A stretch of DNA of 64,000 bases from an uncultured Planctomycetota bacterium. Lineage in GTDB: Bacteria; Planctomycetota; Phycisphaerae; Tepidisphaerales; Tepidisphaeraceae. Under the pieces are notes generated by a model, which searched no databases, was not told the origin of the DNA, and was given only the letters and a program-made list of their open reading frames with translations. The stretch lies in contig CAWJEN010000005.1 of the NCBI GenBank assembly GCA_963841915.1, positions 608,001-672,000 of the forward strand, given 5' to 3'. The position numbers and the translations under genes are program-made. The first letter of the stretch is position 1. Each line of letters opens with the position of its first letter. This document shows positions 9,612 to 20,300 of the stretch, in pieces.

Positions 9612-10958
9612 ATGATCGACCATCTTCCGCTCGTTCTTATCCTGCTCGTCCCGCTTCTGCTGTACGCAGTCCCCACGTCGGCCCAGACCGACTCGTCAGG
9701 CGATGCGGATTTAAAGCATCGCAAGGGACGCTTCGTCCGCGTGTTTCACGGCGGCAAGGGCTATGGCGACGGCGCGCCTTGGCAAGCGCGACGCGTCCGT
9801 GTCAACGACGACACCGCGGCAAGCTCCGGCTGGACCTCCGAACGCGACGAGACCTGGTCCAACGGCATCCTCGCCTTGCACCTCGACAAAGACCTCGACC
9901 TCAGGCACCTCAATGCCGCTGACGTCTACGTCGAATACTGGGGCGGGCATCCGGGAACCACGAACAAGCGCTTCACCCTCAACGGCAGATCGACCTACCT
10001 GTTGCCCGAACGCGGCGGCGCCGAAGGCGTCTTGACCCACGGCTACGACTTCATCGCCGTCAAGGTCTCTGACCTCGTCCGAGAGGACAACGCGTTGCAG
10101 TTCAATTGCGACAAAGGAACCTCCTTCTGGGGCCACTTCATCGTCTTTTCCGCACAGCTTTGGGCCGAACTTGGTGACGGACATCCGCTGTTGGATCAAG
10201 CCGAGTACGCAACGTTCGATCCGGCCGTGGTCGTCGAGCCCGTTGCCGGCCGAGAAGCCCTGCGCCTCAGCGTCGCCATTCCTCCTGCGCTCGCCGATCG
10301 AATCGACTCGATCGAGTTCTGGGGCCGTTACAAGGGATACGACGAGTCGGGCCGGGGCACGTCGAACACATGGCACGGTGCTTACGTCGATGGCGAGCCG
10401 TTCGCGCATCTAGGAACCGCAACCGCCGGCGACGTGTCGTGCACCTGGGACGTGTCGATGGTTCCCGACCAGACTGACATGGCAGTGCTGGCCCGCATCC
10501 GCCTCAAAGGGGAGGCAAATGTGCTGTTCGAAACCGGAAACACCGAGGGCATTGCCACACCCGATCGCCCCGGCATCGGCGTGCAGCTCTTTTCGGTTGA
10601 TCACGCCGTCCCTAGCGCCTGGGCCCAGTTCGACGGCGACAAACCCGCGGTGCTGACCCGCAACATCACCGTCAGACTCAATCCCGCACAGGTCGAACAA
10701 GCTCAACTGCTCTGGACCGACTGGGACGGCGGCAAAGGCGATGTCGAGGTTCCGTTTCATTTCAACGGTCACGCGATTCCAGTCGATTCCGACGCCAGGC
10801 ACATCTCGCGTTATCACGTCGTCGACGTCGACCCCGACCAGATGATCGACGGCACCAACGTCTTCCAGGTCAGCGCACACACGACGCACCACGGAATCGA
10901 AGTGCTCGCCCCGGGCCCGGCCCTTGTCGTGCGGTACCGGACCGCACGCGCCGACTGA
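9612..10958 (+). CDS. Secreted hypothetical protein
   Basis: Long ORF with signal peptide (…AVPTSA-Q); no recognised family motif. Confidence 0.7.
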   Translation: MIDHLPLVLILLVPLLLYAVPTSAQTDSSGDADLKHRKGRFVRVFHGGKGYGDGAPWQARRVRVNDDTAASSGWTSERDETWSNGILALHLDKDLDLRHLNAADVYVEYWGGHPGTTNKRFTLNGRSTYLLPERGGAEGVLTHGYDFIAVKVSDLVREDNALQFNCDKGTSFWGHFIVFSAQLWAELGDGHPLLDQAEYATFDPAVVVEPVAGREALRLSVAIPPALADRIDSIEFWGRYKGYDESGRGTSNTWHGAYVDGEPFAHLGTATAGDVSCTWDVSMVPDQTDMAVLARIRLKGEANVLFETGNTEGIATPDRPGIGVQLFSVDHAVPSAWAQFDGDKPAVLTRNITVRLNPAQVEQAQLLWTDWDGGKGDVEVPFHFNGHAIPVDSDARHISRYHVVDVDPDQMIDGTNVFQVSAHTTHHGIEVLAPGPALVVRYRTARAD

Positions 10959-11020
10959 ATGATCCAGCACCAGGCGACTTCTCGTCTTCCCGCCCGACAA
11001 GCCCCTTTGAGGAACCGATC

Positions 11021-12274
11021 ATGCAAGAACCCGTCCGGATCGGAATCGTCGGCTGCGGCGTCGTCGCGACCGCTTACTACCTGCCGTATCTGCTCGACTA
11101 CGACGGCGCCGAAATCACAGCGGTGTGTGACCGCGACGCGCGGCGTGTCGATGCCTGCGCCAAGCTTTACGGAGCGAAGCACAAGTTCACGGACTACGAG
11201 CAAATGCTCGACGAGGCCGAGCTCGACGCCGTACTCATCCTGACGGCGCCGGGCACGCACGTTCGGTTTTCCCTCGCTGCCATCGAGCGGGGCATTCACC
11301 TGCTCATCCAGAAGCCGATGGCCCTCACGCTCGACGAAGCGACGACGATCGTCGACGCGGTGCGAAAATACAAGGTCAAGTGCGTCGTCGAGCCCAGCGC
11401 CAACACGCTGCTCGACGCCGACACCGCCCACATGCGTGAGCTGATCGAGGCGGGCGTGCTCGGCGATCCGTACTGGTTCAGCTACACGCCCACCGCCGGG
11501 ACGGAGTATTCCGCCATGCTCGGCGGCAACCCGTACGGCAACAAGGCGTTCTTCTCGGCCGACTCCGGCGGTGCTTTGTTCGACCACCCGTACTTCCCCA
11601 CCCAAATCGTCGCGTTGCTCGGCGGCTGCCGCGCGGTGACCGCCAGTGCCGTGACCTCCGTGCCCGACCGCATGATCGTGCCCGACGACGGGTACACCGA
11701 CTTCCTCTGCAAAGCGACCGATCCGCGCGACTGCAACTACTGGGACGAAGTCATGCACCTCCCCAAGACCGAGGCGATTTCCATGGGAGCGCCCGACAAC
11801 ATCTTCAGCGTGTACGAGCTCGATGCCGGCTGGACCGGGACCGTACACATCGGACGACCCTTCCACCCCATGCCCGCGGGGATTCACCAAGTTGGGCTCC
11901 AAGTCTTCGGAAAGGGCGGCAACCTCATCTCCGGCGGCCCCGGCCACTCCGCGTCGATCATCTCCGATCGCCGCGACCTCCTGCCCCACACCGACGACAA
12001 GGGCTGGTACCACATTCCGACCCGCGGCGACCACAGCAAGGCCCAGTGGCCCAAGCCCGTGCCGGGCGCCTTCAACTACTACGCAGAGTCAACGAAGCAC
12101 CTCTGCGAGTGCATCCGCCAGGACTGCGAGCCGATCCCCAGCGCCGAGTTTCACCGCCATATCACCGAAATGATGTGGGGCGCGCTCGAATCTCAGCGGA
12201 CAGGGTGCCGGTATGTCATGACCACCACGCCCACCGGCCTGCGATCTGAGGCGGCCTCGGGAACACCGTCGTGA
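11021..12274 (+). CDS. Gfo/Idh/MocA oxidoreductase
   Basis: GIVGCGVVA, QKPMA, SGGALFD. Confidence 0.88.
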   Translation: MQEPVRIGIVGCGVVATAYYLPYLLDYDGAEITAVCDRDARRVDACAKLYGAKHKFTDYEQMLDEAELDAVLILTAPGTHVRFSLAAIERGIHLLIQKPMALTLDEATTIVDAVRKYKVKCVVEPSANTLLDADTAHMRELIEAGVLGDPYWFSYTPTAGTEYSAMLGGNPYGNKAFFSADSGGALFDHPYFPTQIVALLGGCRAVTASAVTSVPDRMIVPDDGYTDFLCKATDPRDCNYWDEVMHLPKTEAISMGAPDNIFSVYELDAGWTGTVHIGRPFHPMPAGIHQVGLQVFGKGGNLISGGPGHSASIISDRRDLLPHTDDKGWYHIPTRGDHSKAQWPKPVPGAFNYYAESTKHLCECIRQDCEPIPSAEFHRHITEMMWGALESQRTGCRYVMTTTPTGLRSEAASGTPS

Positions 12275-13284
12275 AAGATTCATCTGATTCCATCCGCTTC
12301 GCGGTCGTCGGACACGAGTTCGGTCGTTACCACGTCCGAACGCTCAGCCAGATGCCGGGCGTTCGACTCGTTGCCGTGGCGGATCGACGCAGCGACGACC
12401 TTGATTCCGCCGCAGAACAGTACAGCTTCACCGCCTACCGCGACGCGGCCGAGATGCTGCAGACCGAGGCTCTGGACGCAGTGGTCATCGCCACGTCGCC
12501 TAAGCCCCGCCTGCCGCTCATCGAGCTGGCCGTGAAGAAGAACCTGGCGTTGTTCGTCGAGAAGCCGTGGGCCAGCGACCTGAACAGCGCCCGCCACCTC
12601 GCCGACCTGTCAGCGACCTCGGCCGCGCCCGTTATGGTCGGCTTCAGCTTCCGCTTCCATCCGGCACTAGCCAAGCTCCGCACCCTGATCAACGGCGAGC
12701 TGGGCGTTCCGCGAATGCTCAGCGGGCAGTACGTCTTCGCAGGGCTGCCGCCGACCGACAGTTGGATCTGGGACGCCGACAACGGCAACGGGTTTATCAA
12801 CGAGAACTCCTGCCACCTGTTCGACGCGGTCTGCCATCTGATGGGCACGCCCATACGCGTTCACGCCGAAGCGGCACGTTTCAGCGGCGGACCAATGGAT
12901 GACGCGGCAGTCATCACGCTGCGGTTTGCCGAGGGCGGGCTCGCCGCGCTGACCTGCGGCGCGATCGGCACCAACGCGTGCGATCGATACCCGCACCTCG
13001 ACCTCTTCGCCGAGCGTGGCAAGGCCGAGTTGATCGGCCGTCACCACGTTTGGCAAAAGCTGCGGTGGGCTACGCACCAGGACGACGTCGTACGCGAGTT
13101 TGCCGCTCCGCCCGAACAGCTCGGCTCGACGCGCTACACGCACGCCCTGAAGCACTTTGTCTCGTGCATCCGCCAGAACGCGACACCAACAGCAACTCCC
13201 GCCGACGGAGTCCGCTCTGTTGCAATCGCCATGGCGGTCGCCGAATCGTCACGGGTCGGCCAGGCCGTCGACCTGTCGCTGTGA
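12271..13284 (+). CDS. Gfo/Idh/MocA oxidoreductase
   Basis: EKPWA, VGFSFRF, ENSCHLFD; GTGA overlap with upstream gene. Confidence 0.85.
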   Translation: MKDSSDSIRFAVVGHEFGRYHVRTLSQMPGVRLVAVADRRSDDLDSAAEQYSFTAYRDAAEMLQTEALDAVVIATSPKPRLPLIELAVKKNLALFVEKPWASDLNSARHLADLSATSAAPVMVGFSFRFHPALAKLRTLINGELGVPRMLSGQYVFAGLPPTDSWIWDADNGNGFINENSCHLFDAVCHLMGTPIRVHAEAARFSGGPMDDAAVITLRFAEGGLAALTCGAIGTNACDRYPHLDLFAERGKAELIGRHHVWQKLRWATHQDDVVREFAAPPEQLGSTRYTHALKHFVSCIRQNATPTATPADGVRSVAIAMAVAESSRVGQAVDLSL

Positions 13285-13323
13285 CCTTCCGCCAAGCCAG
13301 CAACCCTCTCCAGCCTCATTGCC

Positions 13324-14130
13324 ATGCGACTCGGACTCGACGCCGGCCCCGACACCCTCGACCTCGCCGTAGACCTCAACATTCCGGGCGTGCCTATCTC
13401 GGGCACCGACCTCGTCAAGAAGGGCGTAGAGGCCACCCTCGCGCCGCTTCGTGAACGCGACTTGCGGGTGTGCCAGATCGGGATGTTCGGCTTCAACCCC
13501 CTCGCCGAGTCAGGCGACAACGCGCTGCTGCCCGGGGTCATCGATCTCGCCCCTCTGACGGGCTGCCGCCACGTCACCATCGGTCCAGGTAACTACCACG
13601 CCTCCGGCTTCGGCCACTACGACGTCCGCAACTTCCAAGACGCCGCCATCCGCACCTACGCCGAGGCACTCAAGCCGTTGCTGGAACGCGCTGCCGCAAA
13701 TGACGTGCTGCTCACCATCGAGGCCTACCTCAAAGGCGTGATCCGCAGCGCAGGGTCTTTCCAGAAGCTCGCCGACCTCGTCACCTCCGACAACCTCCGA
13801 TGCAATCTTGACCCCTCCAGCCTCTACACCGGCCTGAGCGACGTGCTCGATCCGATGCCGCTGGTGATGCGGACAGTCGACGGCTTGGCCGATCGCATCG
13901 GCCTCATTCACGTCAAAGAGGTCGGGGTCACCGAAGGCTTTCACCTCCACATGGGGCTGGTCCCCATCAGCGAAGGCCACACCGACTGGTCCGCCTTCCT
14001 TCAAGCCGCGTCGCGTCACGTCGGAGGCGACACCTGGCTGATCGTCGAACACTGCCAATCGTCCGACGAAGCACGCCGGAGCGTCGCCACGCTCCGTTCC
14101 GCCGCAGCCCGTGTCGGAATCGACTTGTAG
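13324..14130 (+). CDS. Sugar phosphate isomerase/epimerase (xylose isomerase-like TIM barrel)
   Basis: LTIEA, NLDPSS, IHVKE, G..DW, IVEH metal-ligand pattern. Confidence 0.8.
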   Translation: MRLGLDAGPDTLDLAVDLNIPGVPISGTDLVKKGVEATLAPLRERDLRVCQIGMFGFNPLAESGDNALLPGVIDLAPLTGCRHVTIGPGNYHASGFGHYDVRNFQDAAIRTYAEALKPLLERAAANDVLLTIEAYLKGVIRSAGSFQKLADLVTSDNLRCNLDPSSLYTGLSDVLDPMPLVMRTVDGLADRIGLIHVKEVGVTEGFHLHMGLVPISEGHTDWSAFLQAASRHVGGDTWLIVEHCQSSDEARRSVATLRSAAARVGIDL

Positions 14131-14225
14131 GGTGTCACCGGACCTGACAATGACGCCGAACGGCGTCGCCGCAGGTTCGTCTCCTTGGCAGGTCCGAGCC
14201 CGACCACCTTCCTGAATCTTGCCTT

Positions 14226-14458
14226 GGGGGGGGGTAAAGGGCGGGGGGTAAAGGGGTCGCGAGCCTTTTCGAAACCTTGAGACCACCACCGGCCTGGGCA
14301 GCGACCATCCGCACTTCGAGCCGGTCGTCTTCGGGGCGTGGAAGCGGACGGGGGGTAAAGGGGTCGCGAGCCTTTTCGAAGGGGGGGTAAAGGGGTCGCG
14401 AGCCTTTTCGAAACCTTGAGGGGGGTAAAGGGGTCGCGAGCCTTTTCGAAACCTTGAG
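14226..14458 (+). repeat. Tandem array of four hairpin repeats GGGGGGTAAAGGGGTCGCGAGCCTTTTCGAA(ACCTTGAG) plus one partial copy
   Basis: Identical 20-bp cores at 14250-14269, 14357-14376, 14389-14408 and 14427-14446. Confidence 0.95.
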
Positions 14459-14550
14459 CGCAGCGCGATGCTCGCAGCCGTCGCACCCGCATGTTGTACC
14501 GCTTCGGCCGGGGAGGCGACAAGGGTAGACCGGGCCATGAACCATCCGGA

Positions 14551-14582
14551 GGCAGAAAAGGCTCGCGACCCCTTTGTCTGCC
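14551..14582 (-). repeat. Inverted copy of the hairpin repeat with extended stem
   Basis: GGCAGA-AAAGGCTCGCGACCCCTTT-G-TCTGCC. Confidence 0.92.
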
Positions 14583-14612
14583 GCAGTTCTCATGCTCGGC
14601 ATGTCCGCCGCA

Positions 14613-14882
14613 TCAGCTTTTGCGGCGGCTGACGAGAACAAAGGCCAACGCCACGCCGACGGCCAGTCCGACGCCGCCACCGATCATGAGGTTGGTTTGG
14701 CGTCGTCGCTGGATGTCCGCACCGGCCGCGAAGTTCTGCATGCCCTCTGCCACCCGCTCGTCCGCCGTCATGCCGGTCGTGTTGGTCGGCTGTACCTGGT
14801 CGGTCGAGGTCAACGACCCGCCGATGAAGGCACCGGCAGCACCACAGGCGAGAACAACAACGAGGAACATCACAATCTTCAT
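14613..14882 (-). CDS. Small two-TM membrane protein
   Basis: 89 aa with N- and C-terminal hydrophobic helices and a basic tail (SRRKS). Confidence 0.65.
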   Translation of the reverse strand: MKIVMFLVVVLACGAAGAFIGGSLTSTDQVQPTNTTGMTADERVAEGMQNFAAGADIQRRRQTNLMIGGGVGLAVGVALAFVLVSRRKS

Positions 14883-14989
14883 AACACCAATATAAAAGCC
14901 GCCCGAGCAACCGCAAGGGGAGATCGAAGACCTGGTCCACACGTGGCATCGAGTCGCGACATCCGCAATGTCGCTTGGCGAGAAAGACG

Positions 14990-15589
14990 TCAGACCTTGG
15001 TCTTCTTCATGATCATCGACTTGCCGGCCCGGCCGCGGATCTCCTCGAGCGCAGCCGCGGCGAGGGTGGCTTCGCCTGGCATCAGACGGTCAAAGCCGAT
15101 CCGCATCGACTCGGTGCGCCCACGCGAGGACGTCGGGTTCACTCGGGCGACGACCTGGGCGAAGTGGACGGACTGGAAGCCGTCCGGCTCGTCGACGACG
15201 TCGATGTCGGTGTGCTCCGAGATCGGGTACCGCAGCGCCTCGCGGTGGCCCCAGATCCCGCGGACGATCAGGGCGTGCTTGTCGGTGACGCCGTAGCGGG
15301 TCGTCGCCAGCAGTCGGCGGGACAGGGCGGGGATGCCCCAGAGGAACGCCGCCGCCGCGGTGCCGCTGATGATGAGGAAGACGGCCAGAATGCCGCCGGC
15401 GCCGTCAAGGTCATCGCGATTGGCCCAGCCCATCAGGGCGAAGAACGCGAAGCAGGCCAGGAGCAGGAAGCCAACCAGACGAACCCGCCGCACCGCCCGC
15501 GTCGCCCGCCCCCTCGGATCGGGTCGGCCGTGCCAGAGGAGGGTTTCCTTGGCGTCGAGGTGGAGCGCTTGCCTGTGGGCGTCCGTCAT
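14990..15589 (-). CDS. Membrane protein with bacterial PH-like domain
   Basis: ETLLWHGRP, two TM helices, T.YGVTD.H..I, IGF; typical bPH membrane pattern. Confidence 0.65.
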   Translation of the reverse strand: MTDAHRQALHLDAKETLLWHGRPDPRGRATRAVRRVRLVGFLLLACFAFFALMGWANRDDLDGAGGILAVFLIISGTAAAAFLWGIPALSRRLLATTRYGVTDKHALIVRGIWGHREALRYPISEHTDIDVVDEPDGFQSVHFAQVVARVNPTSSRGRTESMRIGFDRLMPGEATLAAAALEEIRGRAGKSMIMKKTKV

Positions 15590-15631
15590 ATCGGAAGCAC
15601 CGTACGGGGGATGTCCGATCAGGCACTATCT

Positions 15632-15787
15632 GAGACTCGCGACCCCTCTATCTCCTTCGAGGAAAGGCTCGCGACCCCTTTGTTTGGCGCCCCTTTGTTT
15701 GGCGCGCGGCTGACGGGGCGAGCGGGCCTTCGGACCAGCGGTAACGGCGGCCTGATCCAGCCGATAAAGGCTCGCGACCCCTTTATC
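15632..15787 (-). repeat. Three further inverted copies of the hairpin repeat (one degenerate) and a 16-bp local duplication
   Basis: GAGACTCGCGACCCCTCT 15632-15649; AAAGGCTCGCGACCCCTTT 15663-15681 followed by CCCCTTTGTTTGGCGC x2; GATAAAGGCTCGCGACCCCTTTATC 15763-15787. Confidence 0.9.
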
Positions 15788-15927
15788 TGCCTCTTTCCAT
15801 GAGGCTCTTCGCGACGCTACCAGACTTTGCCTGGGTGCAGGGGCTGCGGGGTTTGGCCCAAATTCCGCTCCCTTATTCCGCTGCGCGGGTAACGGACCAT
15901 ATCCCTTTTGTGTGCCCAACATCACCG

Positions 15928-17168
15928 TCACTTCCGCTGACTCTGTGCGGTCTTTAAGGCGACAATTCTGATAAAACTGGCCATCCGTGGATCATGGAAT
16001 CGATATAATCCGTGCACAACTCTCTCGATTATCGCTGTCTTGTCGTCCGTGACCAATCGGTTGAAATAACGCTGCAAGCTTGTCGATGTGAAGGGCCGAC
16101 CTAAGACACGTTGGACGCTAGCCCGCCATTGCTCGGTCGTGAACTCGACTTGATCGACTTGAGCAGCTCCAAATGCCACCATCTCGTACATGTTGGATTT
16201 CGCAGAGCGAGTCGCCACGTCAAACTGCTGATGAAAAGTGCCCTCGACATCGGCAACGGATTCTGAAACAGCCTCGTTTAGTGTCTTGGACGAGATTACA
16301 TTAAAATCACGTCGAACGACACATTCGGCGCACTTGAGGCCGATGAGGTGGGCGAAGTAGGGGAAGCCCGCAGAAAGCTCAACAACGCGGTCTACAACGT
16401 CAGAGTCGAAGTGAAGATGACACGCTTCTGCCCCATTCTCGATTATCTGCCGTATCCCGTTGTCCCCCATCTTCTCGAGCTTCGTTTCCTTTATCGCTCG
16501 GCCAACCGAAGGATGCCCAGCCAGCAAGTCGGAGGCGGTGCTGGAGACACCAACCACGATTACTTTGAAGGGGGACTTCAGGTCGCTCAGCGACTTGATG
16601 AACTCAGCGATCTTGTGTCGATCTTTACTGCTTCCGATTACATCTGCTTCGTCAATCAACAGCACGCCTGGGCGACGGCTTAGAAGTGCGGCCACAGCGG
16701 ATGGGCTCAGATCGACCTCCTTCTTCCATTTCTCAAATCGCTCATTTCCGCTCAGTTTAGAGGCTGACAAGCCGTAGTAAGTGAAACCAGTAGTCGTGCT
16801 CTCTCTCGTCTGAATTGCAATTTCATCCGGAAGATCTAGTACGCCGTAATGCTTGAGCGGAACGGCCGCTATGGTCTCGAACGTGTCACTGTGATCGCAA
16901 ATCTTAATGAAGGCGCGGCCCGTGACGATCGGCCCCACAAGGCATTGTACTGTCACCCGCGCAACGAGCTTTTCCCAATCCCGCGAAGACCAAAGAGGAG
17001 TGAGTGCTGGCCTGGTGTTCGGATCTGTGAGATTACCCGAGCGACCTCTTTGGTTCGCCCAAAGAAATTCTCGATAGTATCGATAGGCGTAGCGGGTGTG
17101 AAATGATTGCGTACTCCAGAACGGTCGATCCGATCTTCTTCTAGGAGGTAGGTGTTAGCGTCGGCCAT
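15928..17168 (-). CDS. AAA+ ATPase (Cdc6/Orc1-like with probable C-terminal winged helix), frameshifted near 16960
   Basis: FTP...FFGR and Walker A GLRGIGKSS in ORF 16953-17192; Walker B LLIDEAD and SAGFPY in ORF 15928-16956; visibly more AT-rich than its flanks. Confidence 0.8.
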
Positions 17169-17269
17169 CGGTCCTGTCGTTGAAGTCGCCAATCGAAGGT
17201 GCGGAATCTACCGATGATCACCGTCTGGTGGCGCGTAACGCAGGTAGAACTTGGTGCAAAGTCTGAAAG

Positions 17270-17299
17270 CACCCGGCCGACGCCTCCGCCGGCCGGGTG
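17270..17299 (-). terminator. Intrinsic terminator downstream of nrdJ
   Basis: 10-bp stem CACCCGGCCG/CGGCCGGGTG followed by CTTTC on the minus strand, 20 bp after the stop. Confidence 0.65.
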
Positions 17300-17319
17300 T
17301 GAAAATCTGAGGTGGCCGC

Positions 17320-20300
17320 TCAGCTGCAGCCCATCGAGTTGCCGCAGTTGAGGCACTTGTAGCAGGTGCCGCTGCGGACGGTGATGCTGCCGCAGACGTC
17401 GCAGGCAGGGGCGTCGCTTTGGGCGGCGGTGCCGGCGAGGCTCAGCGGGTCCTGGGCCGGGGCACGGACCGTGGTCGCGAGGCGGCCTGCGACCGGGGCG
17501 TTGACGGCGCTCGTCGCGGGGGACGGGCGGATCAGGACGGCCGTGCCGCCTGCCGACTCGGTGGGTGTCAGCGGGGCGACGGGCTTCGTGTCGGGCTTGA
17601 CGGTCGCATGACCGTTGCCGTTGCCGTTCGTGGCTGGCGTCGCGGGTGCGGCGGGGGCTTTGGCGGGCGTGACCGGGCCGCGGTTGGGGGCGTTGGCGGC
17701 GCGGTAGCCGGGGATGAACTCCATGCCGAGCCAGCGGAAGATGTAGTCGACGAGGCTCTTGGCCATCGGGATGTCGCGGTTGCGGCTCATGCCCGAGGGC
17801 TCGAAGCGGACGTGCTCGAACTTGCGGACAAGGTCCTCGACCTTCACGCCGTACTGCAGGGCGAGGCTGGCGAGGGTGGCGATGGTGTCCATCAGGCCGC
17901 CGACGGTGGAGCCTTCCTTGTTCATGGTGATGAAGATCTCGCCGGGCGTGTTGTCGTCGTAGAGGCCGACGGTGATGTACCCCTCGTGGCCGGCGATATC
18001 GAACTTGTGCGTCTTGGCGTCGCGGGTGTCGCTGAGCTTGCGACGCAGCGGGCGGTGAACGACACGCTCGATGATCTTCTCGATCACACGCGGCTCGGCG
18101 TGCTCGAGGTTGCTGAGCTGCTCGGCGGCGCGGACGACGTCGGTGGCAACCTCGGCCTGGCCCGCCTCGACATTGGCTTCGTCGTCGGCTTCCTCGTCGG
18201 CGTCGGACTTGACGTTGAGCGGCTGGCTGAGCTTCGAGCCGTCGCGGTAGAGGGCGTTGGCTTTGAGGCCGAGCTTCCACGACTGCTCGTAGGCGGCCTG
18301 GACTTCGTCGACGGTTGCCTCGTTGGGCAGGTTGATCGTCTTGGAGATCGCACCGCTGATGAACGGCTGGGCGGCGGCCATCATCTTGATGTGGCCCTCG
18401 GCGGCGATGTAGCGGGTGCCGGTCTTACCGCACTTGTTGGCACAGTCGAAGACGTCGTAGTACTCGGCCTTGAGGTGCGGTGCCCCTTCGACCGTGCCCC
18501 GGCCGCAGATGACGATGCCGCTTTGCTCGATGTCGTGCTTGCTGAAGCCCAGGTGCCGAAGCAGGCTGAACGACGGGTCGTTCTTCTGCTCGTCGGTCAC
18601 GTTCAGGCGGGCGAGCGTCTCGGCAGAGAGCGACCACGGGCTGAAGGCGAACGGCAATTCAAAGGCGGCGGGAAGGCCCTTTTCGATCTTGTCGAGCTCT
18701 TCGTTCGTCAGGCCGCGCTCGGCGAGGGTGGCCCGATTGACGGGCGTGTCGCCGTTGAGCGTGAGGGTGCCGAGGACGAACTTCATGATGTCGTCGGCCT
18801 GCTTGGCGTCGTAGCCGAGGCTGGTCATGGCCGGCAGGAGGCCTGCGTTGGCGATCTTGAAGTAACCGCCGCCGGCGAGCTTCTTGAACTTGACGAGGGC
18901 AAAGTCGGGCTCGACGCCGGTGGTATCGCAGTCCATGAGCAGGCCGATCGTGCCGGTGGGGGCGATGACGGTCGTCTGGGCGTTGCGGTAGCCGTGCCTG
19001 GTGCCGAGGTCGAGGGCGCGATCCCACGCTTTGCGGGCGGCGTCGAGGACGCTCGATTCGAGCAAAGGCGTCGAGCCGTCGAAGGCGTCGGCGTTGATGG
19101 CGACGGGCAGGACGTCGAGGCCTTCGTAGTCGCTGTGGGGGGCGGCGTAGGCGGCGCGGCGGTGGTTGCGGATGACGCGGAGCATGTTCTCCTTGTCAGG
19201 ACCGAAGCCGGGGAACGGGCCGTGCTCGCGAGCCATTTCGGCGCTGGTGGCGTAGCTCTCACCGGTCATGACGGCGGTGAGTGCGCCACAGATGGCGCGG
19301 CCTTCGTCGCTGTCGTAGGCGATGCCGCTCTGCATGAGCATGGCGCCAAGGTTGGCGTAGCCGAGGCCGAGTGTTCTGTATTTGTAGCTCAATTCAGCGA
19401 TTTCTTCGCTGGGGAAGCTGGCCATCACGACGCTGATCTCAAGAACGACGGTCCAGAGGCGGACGGCGTGCTTGTAGGCGTCGAGGTCGAATTGCTTGGT
19501 TTTCGTATCGAAGAACTGAATGAGGTTCAGCGACGCCAGGTTGCAGGCAGTGTCGTCGAGGAACATGTACTCGCTGCAGTTGTGAACGGTGACGCCGTTG
19601 GCCACGAAGGAGCTGGTGACGGGCTCGGTGAGGTCAAAGACCTGCTCGACGCCGAGCGGCTCGAGGCCGCCGATGCGGTCCCAGTTGTCGCAGAGTGCGC
19701 CGCTGGTCGGGTCGTTGTCGACGGCGAGCGAGAGGGCGGCCGACTTGGTTTCGTCGAGGAAGCCGACGTGCTCGGCAAAGAGGCTCAGGCAGGCCGGGTC
19801 GACGCGAAGGACGGCGTCGCCTTCGTCACCCGTGACGGTGCAGCGGATGCCGAAACCGATCAGCAGGAGCTGGACATCTTCGAGCAGGCCGAGGCGTGAC
19901 GTACGGAGGCCGACGGTCTCGCTGGTGACAATGCCGTCTGCGGTGAAGAGGCCTCGGAGCAGGTGCTTTTGTGCGGCGAGGCCGGCGGTGAAGGCGTCGC
20001 CGGAGAGGCGGCGACCGCCGGTGAAGGGCGTGCGGATGAACGCGCCGAGACGACCGATCATGCGGCGGTCGTCGCTCTTTGTCGCCGGTTCGGCGACGAG
20101 CGTTGTCGTCTCTTGCTCGGCGAAGATGCCGCGATCGTCCCCAAGAACCGGCTCGCGACGCACGCGTGCGGCTTCGCCCCAGTGGTCGGCGACGTAACCG
20201 GCATAGCTGCCGAGGTCGTCGGTGTCGAGGCCGACGCGGGCGAGGTCGAGCTCGCCGCCCGTGCCGTTGGCGTCGCTGAGCAGGAAGCCGGCGAGGTGGA

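Noticed and set aside
14226..14458. CRISPR array
   Set aside because: Spacing is irregular (near zero to ~68 bp), copies also occur inverted and dispersed, and no cas genes are present.
13510..14680. ORFs with repeated KGSRPL / KRLATPL / KARDPF peptides
   Set aside because: These are translations of the DNA hairpin repeat and antisense shadows, not credible proteins.
17419..19899. 826-aa plus-strand ORF and similar long antisense ORFs throughout the window
   Set aside because: High-GC codon-bias shadows of well-supported genes on the opposite strand, with no motifs.
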